The notes beneath the pieces are model-generated. The model made no database searches. It was not told where the DNA came from and saw nothing but the letters and a program-made list of their open reading frames with translations. DNA of 64,000 nt from NCBI GenBank assembly GCA_036273515.1, contig DASUHM010000057.1:1782-65781 (forward strand), read 5' to 3'. Both the position numbers and the translations under genes were made by a program. Of this stretch, positions 1 through 11,140 are shown piece after piece; the stretch's first letter is position 1, and each line of letters begins with the position of its first letter. The stretch comes from Gaiellales bacterium (lineage in GTDB: Bacteria > Actinomycetota > Thermoleophilia > Gaiellales > JAICJC01).

Positions 1-30
1 CTTCAGACGGCGGATCTCGCCCATATCCTG

Positions 31-1332
31 ATGGCGTTTGCGGCGCTGCTGCTGGTCGCGCACGGCATGGGCTCGCTGTTCGTCCGCTTCCGCCAGCCGC
101 GCGCCATCGGCGAGGTCGTCGGCGGCCTGCTGCTCGGCGCGACCCTGTTCGGAGAGCTCGCCCCGCACGCCCAGGCCTGGCTCTTCCCGACCACCGGCGC
201 GACGCCGACCGTGCTCGCCGCCGTGAACCAGCTCGGCCTGCTCCTGCTGCTCTTCGTCACCGGCGTCGAGATCCGCCGCGTCTTCCATCGCGACGAGCGC
301 CGCACGGTCGGCGCCGTCTTCCTCTCCGGGATGCTGATCCCGTTCGTCGCGGGGATCGCGATCCTCCAGGTCACGAACCTGCACCGGATGTGGGGCCCGA
401 GCGGGAACAGCAAGTCCTTCCTGCTCATCTTCGCCATCTCGATGGCCGTCACCAGCATCCCGGTGATCTCGCGAATCATGCACGACCTCGGCATCCTCGA
501 CACGAGCTTCGCCCGCGTCGTCCTCGGCGTCGCGGTGCTCGAGGACCTCGTCCTCTACGTCGTGCTCGCGATCGCGATCGGCTACGCAGGCGCCCAGGCC
601 GGCGCGCTCTTCGGCCTGCCGGACGCGCTCGGCATCGCCGGCGGCTCGAACACCGACCTGGCCTACCACATCCTCGCGACCGTGGCCTTCCTGGCCGTGT
701 CGCTGCTCGCCGGCCCGCGCGCCTACCGCTCGATCGGCGGCCTGCGCGTGAACCTGATCCAGCGCGCCAGCCCGATCGGCCACCAGCTGACCTTCATGCT
801 GCTGCTCACGATCGCCGCGCTCGGCCTGGGGATCGAGGCCTTCTTCGGCGCCCTCGTCGCCGGCATCGTCGTCGGCTCGGCCGAGCAGGAGCCCTCCGAG
901 GCCACCATGGCGCTCACGAGCTTCGCCCTCGCCTTCTTCATCCCGATCTACTTCGCGATGATCGGGCTCGGGCTCGACCTGGTGCACGGCTTCAGCCTCG
1001 TCTTCTTCGCCGGCTTCCTGTTCGCCGCCTGCGCGATCAAGGCCGTGAGCGTCTACGCCGGCGCCCGCGTCGCCGGGGAGACGGGCCGCTCGTCGCTCAA
1101 CCTCGCTGTCGCCATGAACGCGCGCGGCGGCCCCGGGATCGTGGTTGCCTCGACGGCCTTCGCGGCCGGGATCATCAGCCAGCCGTTCTACGCGGTGCTC
1201 GTCCTGCTCGCGATCGTGACGTCGCTCGCGGCCGGCGCGTGGCTCGACCGCGTGCCGCGCGAGGAGCTGCTCGCGCGCCCGCTGGATGAGCCGTCCGAGG
1301 TGGCTGCCGAGGCGGTCGCGACCGCCGTGTAA
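31..1332 (+). CDS. cation:proton antiporter (CPA2 / Kef-type Na+/H+ exchanger family) membrane protein
   Basis: 433-aa polytopic hydrophobic ORF with an N-terminal FRQPRAIGEVVGGLLLG motif typical of CPA2 exchangers. The frame stays open to base 1, so the true start may lie upstream of the window. Confidence 0.8.
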   Translation: MAFAALLLVAHGMGSLFVRFRQPRAIGEVVGGLLLGATLFGELAPHAQAWLFPTTGATPTVLAAVNQLGLLLLLFVTGVEIRRVFHRDERRTVGAVFLSGMLIPFVAGIAILQVTNLHRMWGPSGNSKSFLLIFAISMAVTSIPVISRIMHDLGILDTSFARVVLGVAVLEDLVLYVVLAIAIGYAGAQAGALFGLPDALGIAGGSNTDLAYHILATVAFLAVSLLAGPRAYRSIGGLRVNLIQRASPIGHQLTFMLLLTIAALGLGIEAFFGALVAGIVVGSAEQEPSEATMALTSFALAFFIPIYFAMIGLGLDLVHGFSLVFFAGFLFAACAIKAVSVYAGARVAGETGRSSLNLAVAMNARGGPGIVVASTAFAAGIISQPFYAVLVLLAIVTSLAAGAWLDRVPREELLARPLDEPSEVAAEAVATAV

Positions 1333-1422
1333 AGGCCCTGTCGGCCCGGTGGCACACCCGTCCAAGCGCGACTAAGGTTAGAGAACGGCTCCGGGGGCCC
1401 GACCCTTGGCGTCACCCCCCGT

Positions 1423-2817
1423 ATGAAGACCCAGGTCTCCGAACTCGCCGACAACCGCGTCCGTCTCGACATCGAGGTGCCCGCAGGCGACGTCGACCAC
1501 GCGTTCGAGCACGCGCTCTCCGATCTCTCGCGGGCGGTGCGCGTGCCGGGCTTCCGCAAGGGCAAGGCGCCCAAGCCGCTCGTCATGCGCCAGGTCGGCC
1601 GCGACACCGTGGTCGAGGAGGCGCTGCGCGACCACCTGAGCGGCTGGTACTCGCGCGCGGTGGCGGTCGCGGGCATCGACCCGATCGACCGGCCCACGAT
1701 CGACTGGACGGACGAGCCGCTCGAGGGCGCGCCGTTCGCGTTCACGGCCGAGGTCGAGGTGAAGCCGCCGCCGGAGGTCAAGTCGTACAAGGGCCTCGAG
1801 GGCGTGAAGCCCGAGACCGAGGTGCCGCAGGAGGCGGTCGACGGCGAGATCGAGCGGCTGCGGGCGACGGTCGCGGAGCTGACCACGGTCGAGCGCGCCG
1901 CCCAGGACGGCGACTTCCTCGTCATCGACTTCGAGGGCACGATGGACGGCACGCCGTTCGAGGGCGGCTCCGGCTCGCAGTACGCGGTCGAGCTCGGCAC
2001 GGGCCGGCTGGTCGCGGAGCTCGAGCAGGGCCTGGTCGGCATGAAGGCGGGGGAGGAGCGCGACATCCCGCTGACGATGCCCGAGGACTACGCCGCCGAG
2101 CACCTGGCCGGCAAGGACGTCAGCTTCCACGTCAAGATGAGCGCCGTGAGGGAGCGGGTGCTGCCCGAGCTCGACGACGAGTTCGCGATGTCGGTCAGCG
2201 AGTTCGACACGCTGGACGAGCTGCGCGCCGACGTCACCGAGCGGGTGCGAAACGTGATCGAGGCCGAGTCCGAGCGGCGCTTCCGCTCGTCGGTGCTCGA
2301 CTCCCTCGGCCAGGAGCTCCAGACGCCCGTCCCCGACGCGCTCGTCACGAGCCGGCTCTCGAGCATGACCCGCTCGTTCAGCCAGACGCTGCAGGCGCGC
2401 GGTGTGGCCCTCGAGGACTACCTGCGCGTCACCGGCATGACGCCCGAGCAGCTGGTCGAGGACATGCGCGCGCAGGCGCTCGACCTCGTCCGCAAGGACC
2501 TCGCGCTCGAGGCGGTCGTCGCCGCGGAGAACATCGAGGTGACCGACGAGATGGTCGAGGAATGGGTGCGCGAGCAGGCGGTCGAGGCCGACGAGGACGT
2601 CGAGGCCGCGGTCGAGCGTCTGACCGGCGATCCGGCCGCGCTGACGGCGCTTCGGCTCGACCTGGCGGCGCAGAAGGCGCTCGACATCGTCACCGAGAAC
2701 GCCAAGCCGATCACGGCCGAGCAGGCGGACGCGAAGCAGAAGTTGTGGACGCCCGAGAAGGAAACCGTGCAGGAGAGCGCCAAGTCTTCTGCGATCTGGA
2801 CCCCCGGCGCGAGCTAG
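1423..2817 (+). CDS. tig: trigger factor
   Basis: 464 aa. The N-terminus has VPGFRKGKAPKPLV (ribosome-binding GFRxGxxP signature), followed by a central FKBP-like region. The tig-clpP-clpX order is conserved. Confidence 0.95.
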   Translation: MKTQVSELADNRVRLDIEVPAGDVDHAFEHALSDLSRAVRVPGFRKGKAPKPLVMRQVGRDTVVEEALRDHLSGWYSRAVAVAGIDPIDRPTIDWTDEPLEGAPFAFTAEVEVKPPPEVKSYKGLEGVKPETEVPQEAVDGEIERLRATVAELTTVERAAQDGDFLVIDFEGTMDGTPFEGGSGSQYAVELGTGRLVAELEQGLVGMKAGEERDIPLTMPEDYAAEHLAGKDVSFHVKMSAVRERVLPELDDEFAMSVSEFDTLDELRADVTERVRNVIEAESERRFRSSVLDSLGQELQTPVPDALVTSRLSSMTRSFSQTLQARGVALEDYLRVTGMTPEQLVEDMRAQALDLVRKDLALEAVVAAENIEVTDEMVEEWVREQAVEADEDVEAAVERLTGDPAALTALRLDLAAQKALDIVTENAKPITAEQADAKQKLWTPEKETVQESAKSSAIWTPGAS

Positions 2818-2838
2818 CCGGCCTACCGAGGAGCACAT

Positions 2839-3423
2839 GTGAGTCCACTGATTCCGATGGTGATCGAGCAGACGTCGAGGGGCGAGCGCTCCTTCGACAT
2901 CTACTCTCGGCTGCTGAACGAGCGCATCATCTTCCTGGGGACGCCCGTCGACGACCAGATCGCCAACCTGATCGTGGCCCAGCTGCTGCACCTCGAGAGC
3001 GAGGACCCCGACAAGGACATCTCGCTCTACGTCAACTCCCCGGGCGGCAGCGTCTACGCCGGCCTCGCCATCTACGACACCATGAACTTCGTGAAGCCGG
3101 ACGTGCAGACGATCTGCGTCGGCATCGCGATGAGCATGGGCGCGCTGCTCCTGGCCGGCGGGGCCAAGGGCAAGCGGATGGCCCTCCCGAACGCCAAGAT
3201 CCTGATCCATCAGGTCAGCTCTGGATTTCAGGGCCAGGCGACCGATATTGAGATACATGCACGCGAGATCATCGACCTGCGCAAGCGCCTCGATCAGATC
3301 ATCGCGGACAAGTCGGAACAGCCGATCGAGAAGGTCGCCCGCGACACGGAGCGCGACTTCTTCATGAGCGCCGACGAGGCCAAGGAGTATGGAATCATCG
3401 ACCGCGTGATCGCCCACCACTAG
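2839..3423 (+). CDS. clpP: ATP-dependent Clp protease proteolytic subunit
   Basis: 194 aa with [19 protein letters not shown] and [17 protein letters not shown] motifs. GTG start preceded by GAGGAG. Confidence 0.97.
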   Translation: MSPLIPMVIEQTSRGERSFDIYSRLLNERIIFLGTPVDDQIANLIVAQLLHLESEDPDKDISLYVNSPGGSVYAGLAIYDTMNFVKPDVQTICVGIAMSMGALLLAGGAKGKRMALPNAKILIHQVSSGFQGQATDIEIHAREIIDLRKRLDQIIADKSEQPIEKVARDTERDFFMSADEAKEYGIIDRVIAHH

Positions 3424-4704
<1,281 letters not shown>

Positions 4705-4722
4705 ATTCACGAGCGACGCGGT

Positions 4723-4760
4723 TGCACCAAAAGGGGTCTGACGCCGTCTGGTGCGCCGGC
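4723..4760. repeat. REP-like element copy (38 nt, core GGGGTCTGACGCC flanked by GCACC/GGTGC arms)
   Basis: TGCACCAAAAGGGGTCTGACGCCGTCTGGTGCGCCGGC. It matches the reverse complement of 63152..63189 at 36/38 positions. Confidence 0.8.
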
Positions 4761-4768
4761 GTACTGTG

Positions 4769-4798
4769 CCTGACCGGGCCTGACCGGGCCTGACCGGG
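4769..4798. repeat. short tandem repeat, 3 x CCTGACCGGG
   Basis: Three direct 10-nt units read directly from the sequence. They abut the next palindromic core. Confidence 0.85.
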
Positions 4799-4858
4799 GT
4801 CAGACCCCGAACGGAACTGCAACGAAAGTGTCACGGCCGGCGTTCGGGGTCTGACCCC
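4796..4858. repeat. inverted pair of REP-like cores (GGGGTCAGACCCCGAACG ... CGTTCGGGGTCTGACCCC), possible bidirectional terminator between convergent clpX and the LysE gene
   Basis: Cores at 4796..4808 and 4846..4858 with complementary GAACG/CGTTC flanks, located between two convergent stop codons. Confidence 0.75.
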
Positions 4859-4860
4859 GA

Positions 4861-5481
4861 TTAGCGGTCGTGGACGGCGCTGTACGCCAGCAGGCCGCCG
4901 AAGGCGAGCAGGCCCAGGCCGGCGATCGCGTCGGCGATGCGCATCGCGCGCGGGCCGACCGCGCGGCGCACGACCGCGATGCCGCTCGCCAGGGCCGTCA
5001 TCCAGGCGGCGCTGCCGAGCGCGACGCCGACCACGAGCATCGCGGCGGCGCTCGCCGACGCCCCCGTCCGGGCGCTCGCGGCGGCGAAGATCGCCGCCCA
5101 GGAGGCGATCGTGAGCGGGTTCGACGCGGTGCCCACGAGCGACGTCACGAAGGCGCGGCGCGGGCCTGACACCTCGTAGTCGAGCTCGCCGCCCGTCCGC
5201 ACCCGGAATGCGCTCCAGAGCGTGCGCGCACCGAGCACGACGAGCACGGCGCCGCCGGCCAGGCCGAGCACGACCCGCAGCGGGCCGATCGTGAGCAGCG
5301 GGACGGCCCCGGCCGCGCCCAGGGTCGCGTAGGCCGCGTCGATCACGGCCACGCCGGCGCCGATCGCAACGCCGACGGCCCAGCCGCGGCGCAGGGTCGA
5401 GCGGATCAAGAAGAGCGACATCGGCCCGAGCTGGAGCGCCACGAAGAAGCCCAGCCCGAACCCCACGAGGACGACATGCAC
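4861..5481 (-). CDS. LysE/RhtB family amino-acid exporter
   Basis: 206-aa hydrophobic ORF whose N-terminus (GFGLGFFVALQLGPMSLFLIRSTLRRG) is typical of the LysE/ArgO family. Confidence 0.8.
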   Translation of the reverse strand: MHVVLVGFGLGFFVALQLGPMSLFLIRSTLRRGWAVGVAIGAGVAVIDAAYATLGAAGAVPLLTIGPLRVVLGLAGGAVLVVLGARTLWSAFRVRTGGELDYEVSGPRRAFVTSLVGTASNPLTIASWAAIFAAASARTGASASAAAMLVVGVALGSAAWMTALASGIAVVRRAVGPRAMRIADAIAGLGLLAFGGLLAYSAVHDR

Positions 5482-5645
5482 GCCGCCACGTTACCGGACG
5501 CCGAAACGGGCCTCCAGCGCGTCGTGCTCGTGCTCCCACAGCGAGCTCCTCCCGCCCGTGCGGCAGCCACATGCGCGTCTCGACGCGATGGTCCCGCACG
5601 TCCACGGCCGAACCGATCACGGATCGCAGACTAGGGAGGGGGCGT

Positions 5646-5858
5646 TCAGCCCTGGCGCATGCGCTCGCGCGCGCACCGGCAGCGCACCGGCACCGCCGCG
5701 CACTCGCCGCATCGGGACTGCACCTGGACGGCCGTCCAGCAGGCGAGCAGGAAGAGGCACACCGCCGCCCCGAACGCGTGGCTCGGGTCGAACGTGAAGG
5801 CCGCGTGGCCCGGGTGCTGGAGCAGGTAGTCGTGCCAGAAGTTGGACTCGCGGCTCAT
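5646..5858 (-). CDS. hypothetical small protein (one hydrophobic segment, Cys-rich C-terminus)
   Basis: 70-aa ORF with strong GC3 codon bias consistent with real coding. No family recognised. Confidence 0.45.
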   Translation of the reverse strand: MSRESNFWHDYLLQHPGHAAFTFDPSHAFGAAVCLFLLACWTAVQVQSRCGECAAVPVRCRCARERMRQG

Positions 5859-5914
5859 GGGGGGACTATCGACCGGTGGGGCCCAGACTTGACGCCCAAC
5901 TACGATCCGCCGTC

Positions 5915-8428
5915 ATGGATGCCCGCTACGACCCTGCCGCCGCCGAGGGGCCGATCTTCGCCCGCTGGGAGGAGACCGGCGTGTTCGCGGGCGGGCCGGC
6001 GGGCGGCGAGCCCTATGCGATCGCCCTGCCGCCGCCGAACATCACCGGCGACCTGCACATGGGCCACGCCCTGAACGGCTCGATCCAGGACACGCTCATC
6101 CGCCTGCGCCGCATGCAGGGCCGCGACGCCCTCTGGATCTGCGGCACCGACCATGCCTCGATCGCCCTGCACGCGGTGATCGAGAAGCAGCTGCGGGCCG
6201 AGGGCAAGACCCGCTATGACCTGGGCCGCGACCGCTTCCTGGAGCGGGTGTGGGAGTGGCGGGCGACCACCGGCGCCACGATCATCCAGCAGTTCAAGCG
6301 GCTCGGCTGCACGCTCGACTACGAGCACGAACGCTTCACGATGGACGAGGGCTACGTCCGCGCGGTGCTCGAGATGTTCGTGCGCTTGCACGCCAAGGGC
6401 TGGATCTACCGCGACAACCGGCTGATCAACTGGTGCCCGACCTGCGCCTCGACGATCTCCGACCTCGAGGTGCGCTACGAGCACGCGGTCGACACGCTCT
6501 TCGAGGTGCGCTACCGGATCAAGGACACCGACGACTTCCTGACGGTCGCGACGGTACGGCCCGAGACGATCCTGGCCGATACCGCCGTGGCGGTGCACCC
6601 GGCCGACGACCGCTACCGACACCTGGTCGGCGGCACCGCCATCGTGCCGCTGGTCGACCGCGAGGTGCCGATCATCGCCGACGAGTACGTGAAGATGGAG
6701 TTCGGCACCGGCGCGCTCAAGATCACGCCGGGGCACGACCCGAACGACTTCGAGATCGGCCGCCGCCACGGCCTGGCCGAGCTCTCGGCGATCGGCTACG
6801 ACGGCCGCATGACCGAGCTCGCGGGCGAGTTCGCCGGCCTGCCCGTCGGCGAGGCCCGCGGCCGCGTGCGGGACGCCCTCTTCGCCCGGGGGCTGATCCG
6901 CGACGAGGAGCCGTACGAGCACGAGGTCGGCCACTGCGACCGCACGGGCGACCGCATCGAGCCGCTGATCTCCCTGCAGTGGTTCATGCAGATGGACGAC
7001 CTCGCCGCCGCCGCGAACGCGCAGGTGCGGTCGGGGAACGTGCGCTTCCACCCGAAGTCGCAGGAGAACACCTACTTCAACTGGATGGACAACATCCGCC
7101 CGTGGTGCATCTCGCGCCAGCTCTGGTGGGGGCACCGGATCCCCGTGTGGTACTGCCCGGACGGCCACCACACGGTCGCGGCGGAGGAGCCCGCAGCCTG
7201 CGCGACCTGCGGGTCGGCGAAGCTCGAGCGCGACCCGGACATCCTCGATACGTGGTTCTCGTCGGCGCTCTGGCCGTTCGCCACCATCGGCTGGCCCGGG
7301 GAGGACCCGCGGCTCGAGAGGTACTACCCGGGCCACGTCGACTCGACCGCCCGCGACATCATCAACCTGTGGGTGGCGCGGATGCTGATGATGGGGCTCG
7401 AGTTCATGGGTGAGATCCCGTTCTCGGACGTGATCATTCACTCCACCATCCAGGCCCCGGACGGCCGGCGGATGTCGAAGTCGCTCGGCACGGGCGTCGA
7501 CCCGCTCGACCTCGTGAGCCGCTTCGGCGCCGACGCCACCCGCTACGGGCTCATGAAGATGAGCTCGACCCAGGACGTGCGCTTTTCGGAGGGCATGATC
7601 GCCGAGGGGGCGAAGTTCGCGAACAAGCTCTGGAACGCCGCTCGCTTCGTGATCACGCAGGCCGACCTCGAGGCCGAGCCGGCGCCGGCGGGCGACGAGC
7701 CGGCCGACCGCTGGGTGCGTTCGCGCCTGGCCCGCGCGAACGAGGAGGTGCTGCGCCAGCTCGAGGCCTACGATTTCTCGGCCGCGGTGAAGGCCCTCTA
7801 CGCGTTCGTCTTCGACTACTGCGACTGGTACATCGAGGCCTCCAAGCCGCGGCTCGCGGGCGACGACGCGGCCGCCCGCCGGGCCGTCTCGGCGAACCTG
7901 CTCTGGACGCTCGGGCGGATCCTCGCCCTGGCGCACCCGATCTGCCCGTTCGTGACCGAGGCGGTCTGGTCGCACCTGCCCGGCGAGCGCGGCCTGCTCA
8001 TGCTCGAGGCCTATCCGGCGCCCGTCGCCGAGCACCGCGACCCGCAGGCCGAGGGCGACGTGCAGGCGGCGATCGAGGCCGTGACGCAGGCCCGCTCGAC
8101 GCCGGAGGTGCGCCTGCTCCTGCCGAACGGCTTCGCGGCCGCCGCGCTCGTGCGCGCGCTGGCACCGCGGGCGACCGACGTCGTGGAGGACTCCGTCGCG
8201 TCGGTCGTGGTCGAGGCCAAGGCGGAGGATCCGGCGGTCGTGCGCGCGCGGCTCGAGCAGGACATCGCCCGCGCCCGCTCGGAGCGCGACCGCTCGCGGG
8301 CCATGCTCGCGAACGAGCGCTTCACCGCCAAGGCGCCGCCGCAGAAGGTGGAGGAGGAGCGCGCCAAGGAAGCCCGCCACACGGCCGAGCTCGAGGAGCT
8401 GGAGGCGAGGCTGCGGGAATCGGTTTGA
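5915..8428 (+). CDS. valS: valine--tRNA ligase
   Basis: Class I HIGH motif region (PPPNITGDLHMGHA), KMSKS (RMSKSLG) and a C-terminal coiled coil. ATG at 5915 is preferred over GTG at 5876 by N-terminal alignment logic. Confidence 0.95.
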   Translation: MDARYDPAAAEGPIFARWEETGVFAGGPAGGEPYAIALPPPNITGDLHMGHALNGSIQDTLIRLRRMQGRDALWICGTDHASIALHAVIEKQLRAEGKTRYDLGRDRFLERVWEWRATTGATIIQQFKRLGCTLDYEHERFTMDEGYVRAVLEMFVRLHAKGWIYRDNRLINWCPTCASTISDLEVRYEHAVDTLFEVRYRIKDTDDFLTVATVRPETILADTAVAVHPADDRYRHLVGGTAIVPLVDREVPIIADEYVKMEFGTGALKITPGHDPNDFEIGRRHGLAELSAIGYDGRMTELAGEFAGLPVGEARGRVRDALFARGLIRDEEPYEHEVGHCDRTGDRIEPLISLQWFMQMDDLAAAANAQVRSGNVRFHPKSQENTYFNWMDNIRPWCISRQLWWGHRIPVWYCPDGHHTVAAEEPAACATCGSAKLERDPDILDTWFSSALWPFATIGWPGEDPRLERYYPGHVDSTARDIINLWVARMLMMGLEFMGEIPFSDVIIHSTIQAPDGRRMSKSLGTGVDPLDLVSRFGADATRYGLMKMSSTQDVRFSEGMIAEGAKFANKLWNAARFVITQADLEAEPAPAGDEPADRWVRSRLARANEEVLRQLEAYDFSAAVKALYAFVFDYCDWYIEASKPRLAGDDAAARRAVSANLLWTLGRILALAHPICPFVTEAVWSHLPGERGLLMLEAYPAPVAEHRDPQAEGDVQAAIEAVTQARSTPEVRLLLPNGFAAAALVRALAPRATDVVEDSVASVVVEAKAEDPAVVRARLEQDIARARSERDRSRAMLANERFTAKAPPQKVEEERAKEARHTAELEELEARLRESV

Positions 8429-9567
8429 CGCCCGCCGATGCGTACATCGACTCGCTGCAGCTGTTCGGCATGCAGTTCGGGCTCGAGCGGATGCACGACC
8501 TGCTCGGCCGGCTCGGCCACCCGGAGCGGGGATTCGACGCGATCCACGTCGTCGGCACCAACGGCAAGGGCTCGACGACCCTCTTCGCCGAGTCGCTTCT
8601 GCTGGCCGAGGGCGTGCGCACCGGCGCGTACCTCTCGCCCCACCTGACCTCGTTCAAGGAGCGCATCCGCATCGGCGGGCGCGAGATCGACGCGGCCGCC
8701 TACGAGGCGGCCGTGCTGCGCGTGCGCGAGGCGGTGGGGACCGACATCACGCAGTTCGAGGCGCTCACCGGCGCCGCGTTCGCCGCGTTCGCCGCGGCCG
8801 GCGTGGAGTGGGCCGTCGTCGAGGCCGGCCTGGGCGGCCGCCTGGACGCCACGAACGTGCTCGCCCGCTCGCGCGTGCAGGTGCTGACGAACGTCTCGCT
8901 CGAGCACACCGAGCTGCTGGGCGACACCCGCGAGGCCATCGCCGCGGAGAAGACGGCGGTCGTTCCGCCAGGCGGCGACGTTGTCATCGGGGAACCCGGC
9001 TGGGAGGGGTTCGTGCCCCAGGCGCGTACTGTCAAGGAGGTGACGGTCGCCGGCACATACCAGGATCAGAACCGGGCGGTGGCGCATGCCGCGGTCGAGC
9101 TCGCGCTCGGGCGCGACGTCGACCCCGTGCCGATGCAGGCGGTGCGCGTGCCAGGGCGCATGGAGGTGCGCGGCCGCGACCCCCTGGAGATCTGGGACGG
9201 CGCCCACAACCCCGCCGGGATGCGCCGGCTGGTGACGGAGCTCCCGGGCCTCGTCGGCGACCGCCCGTGCGTCGCGGTGTTCTCGACCCTGGGTGAGAAG
9301 GACGTGCGGTCGATGGTCGACCTCCTGCGCCAAGTCTGCCCCAAGATCGTTGCGACACAATCGACCAATTCACGTGCACTGGCGGCGGATACACTGGGAT
9401 CCCTCACCGGGGGCCCCGCCGAGCCTGATCCCGTCGCGGCCCGAGAGCGCGCGATCGCCCTCGCCGGGCGGTCCGGAGCAGTCGTAATTTGCGGTTCCCT
9501 GTATCTTCTACATGACCTGACGACACGGCTTTCCGGCGCCGCGACCCGACCGGCGACCGTACACTGA
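8425..9567 (+). CDS. folC: folylpolyglutamate synthase / dihydrofolate synthase
   Basis: P-loop VGTNGKGST of the Mur-ligase family. TTG start overlaps the valS stop. The valS-folC order is conserved. Confidence 0.9.
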   Translation: MTPADAYIDSLQLFGMQFGLERMHDLLGRLGHPERGFDAIHVVGTNGKGSTTLFAESLLLAEGVRTGAYLSPHLTSFKERIRIGGREIDAAAYEAAVLRVREAVGTDITQFEALTGAAFAAFAAAGVEWAVVEAGLGGRLDATNVLARSRVQVLTNVSLEHTELLGDTREAIAAEKTAVVPPGGDVVIGEPGWEGFVPQARTVKEVTVAGTYQDQNRAVAHAAVELALGRDVDPVPMQAVRVPGRMEVRGRDPLEIWDGAHNPAGMRRLVTELPGLVGDRPCVAVFSTLGEKDVRSMVDLLRQVCPKIVATQSTNSRALAADTLGSLTGGPAEPDPVAARERAIALAGRSGAVVICGSLYLLHDLTTRLSGAATRPATVH

Positions 9568-9578
9568 GCCACCCTTCC

Positions 9579-10130
9579 GTGCTATTCGCCGTCACATCCA
9601 CCTCCACCACCGATAGCTCGAGCGCGTTCTCGGGCGTCTCCAACTTCTTCGACTCGAGCTACTTCTCGGCGTTCGAGAAGCTGATGATCCTCTTCGGGGT
9701 CGCGCTGTACGCGGCGCTCGTGTTCTGGACGTGGAAGGACGCGCGGCGGCGGATCGACGACCCGGTGATCGTCGGCGTCTGCGTCGCGACGGCCATCTGC
9801 TTCCCCTTCGTCGGCGTGCTGATCTATCTGATCCTGCGGCCGCCGGAGTACCTCGCCGACGTGCACGAGCGCGAGCTGGAGATCAGGGCGATGGAGCGCC
9901 GCCTCGGCTCCGACTCCGCCTGCCCGTACTGCCGCAACCCGGCTGAGGCGAGCTTCCTGTCGTGCCCGCACTGCGGCACGAAGCTGAAGCAGGCCTGCCG
10001 CCGCTGCAAGGCCCCGCTCGACCCGACCTGGCGCCTGTGCCCCTACTGCGAGACGGTGGCGACGACGCTGCCGGCGCAGCCCGAGCGGCCGCGGCGCGGG
10101 ACGAGCCAGCGCACCACCACCGAGGCCTGA
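9579..10130 (+). CDS. membrane protein with PLD-nuclease N-terminal-like domain and double zinc ribbon
   Basis: 183 aa. Two TM segments around WTWKDARRR..LILRPPEY, then CPYC..CPHC..CRRC..CPYC. Confidence 0.7.
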   Translation: MLFAVTSTSTTDSSSAFSGVSNFFDSSYFSAFEKLMILFGVALYAALVFWTWKDARRRIDDPVIVGVCVATAICFPFVGVLIYLILRPPEYLADVHERELEIRAMERRLGSDSACPYCRNPAEASFLSCPHCGTKLKQACRRCKAPLDPTWRLCPYCETVATTLPAQPERPRRGTSQRTTTEA

Positions 10131-10151
10131 CCCCACTCCCCGGGAGACACC

Positions 10152-10577
10152 GTGGCAGATGTCGAGCGCACCCTGTTCCTGATCAAGCCCGATGCCGTCG
10201 AGCGGGGGCTGATCGGAGCGATCGTCGCCCGCTTCGAGCGGCGCGGCTTCCGCATCCGCGGGATGAAGCTCATCCGTGTCACCGAGCAGCAGGCCGCCGA
10301 GCACTACGTCGAGCACGTCGGCAAGCCGTTCTACCCCGAGCTGGTCGAGTTCATCACCTCCGGCCCGGTCGTCGCGATGGCGATCGAGGGCCTGGGAGCG
10401 GTCGCGACCGTCCGGTCGATGATGGGCGCGACGAACCCGCTCGACTCGGCGCCGGGCACGATCCGGGGCGACTTCGCGCTCGACCTGGGCCGGAACGTCG
10501 TCCACGGCTCGGACGCGCCCGGCTCCGCCGCGCGCGAGCTCGCGATCTTCTTCACGGACTCAGAGCTCACGGGATGA
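10152..10577 (+). CDS. ndk: nucleoside-diphosphate kinase
   Basis: 141 aa with [12 protein letters not shown] and NVVHGSD active-site His motifs. Confidence 0.96.
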   Translation: MADVERTLFLIKPDAVERGLIGAIVARFERRGFRIRGMKLIRVTEQQAAEHYVEHVGKPFYPELVEFITSGPVVAMAIEGLGAVATVRSMMGATNPLDSAPGTIRGDFALDLGRNVVHGSDAPGSAARELAIFFTDSELTG

Positions 10578-11140
10578 TCCCGGAGGGGCTCTCGCAGCCC
10601 CTGCTGCTGGCGTCGCGCTCGCCCCAGCGGCGCGCGATCCTCGCGATGCTCGGCATCGAGTTCGAGGTGGTGAGGCCGGACTACGACGAGCCTGAGCTGC
10701 CCGGCACGCCGGAGCAGATTGCCGTGACCCACGCCCGCGGGAAGGCGGCGTCGGTCGCGGGTGACCTCGTGCTGGGCGTCGACACGATCGTCGTCATCGA
10801 CGGCCGCATCCTGGGCAAGCCGCCCGGCGAGGACGAGGCGCGCGAGTACCTCCGCCTGCTCTCGGGCCGCACCCACGAAGTGCACTCGGGCCTGTGCCTG
10901 CGCGCCGGCGAGGCCGAGCACGTCCGCCACGCCGTCACCGCGGTGACGTTCGCCCCGCTCGACGCGGCGGACGTCGACTGGTACCTCGCCTCCGGCGAGT
11001 GGCGCGACCGGGCCGGCGGCTATGCGGTGCAGGGCCTGGGCGCGGCGCTGGTGCGCTCGATCGACGGCCACTACCAGAACGTGGTCGGCCTGCCGGTCCC
11101 GGCGCTGATCGATGCGATGGCAGCAGCCTCGACTTGCTAG
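10574..11140 (+). CDS. maf: Maf-like nucleoside triphosphate pyrophosphatase / septum formation protein
   Basis: [24 protein letters not shown] at the N-terminus and GGYAVQG near the C-terminus. ATGA overlap with the ndk stop. Confidence 0.9.
   Translation: MIPEGLSQPLLLASRSPQRRAILAMLGIEFEVVRPDYDEPELPGTPEQIAVTHARGKAASVAGDLVLGVDTIVVIDGRILGKPPGEDEAREYLRLLSGRTHEVHSGLCLRAGEAEHVRHAVTAVTFAPLDAADVDWYLASGEWRDRAGGYAVQGLGAALVRSIDGHYQNVVGLPVPALIDAMAAASTC

Noticed and set aside
4769-4798. Possible CRISPR array or minisatellite
   Set aside because: There are only three contiguous 10-nt units, with no spacers and no cas genes in the window. It is better explained as part of the REP-like cluster.
5859-5914. 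T-box or other leader RNA upstream of valS (and upstream of the PheS-like gene at 51994..52134)
   Set aside because: The regions are too short (56 nt and 141 nt). I could not find a specifier-loop or T-box consensus, or a terminator/antiterminator pair.
5900-8380. 826-aa minus-strand ORF opposite valS
   Set aside because: Same GC artefact. valS on the plus strand carries HIGH and KMSKS motifs, while the antisense frame has none.
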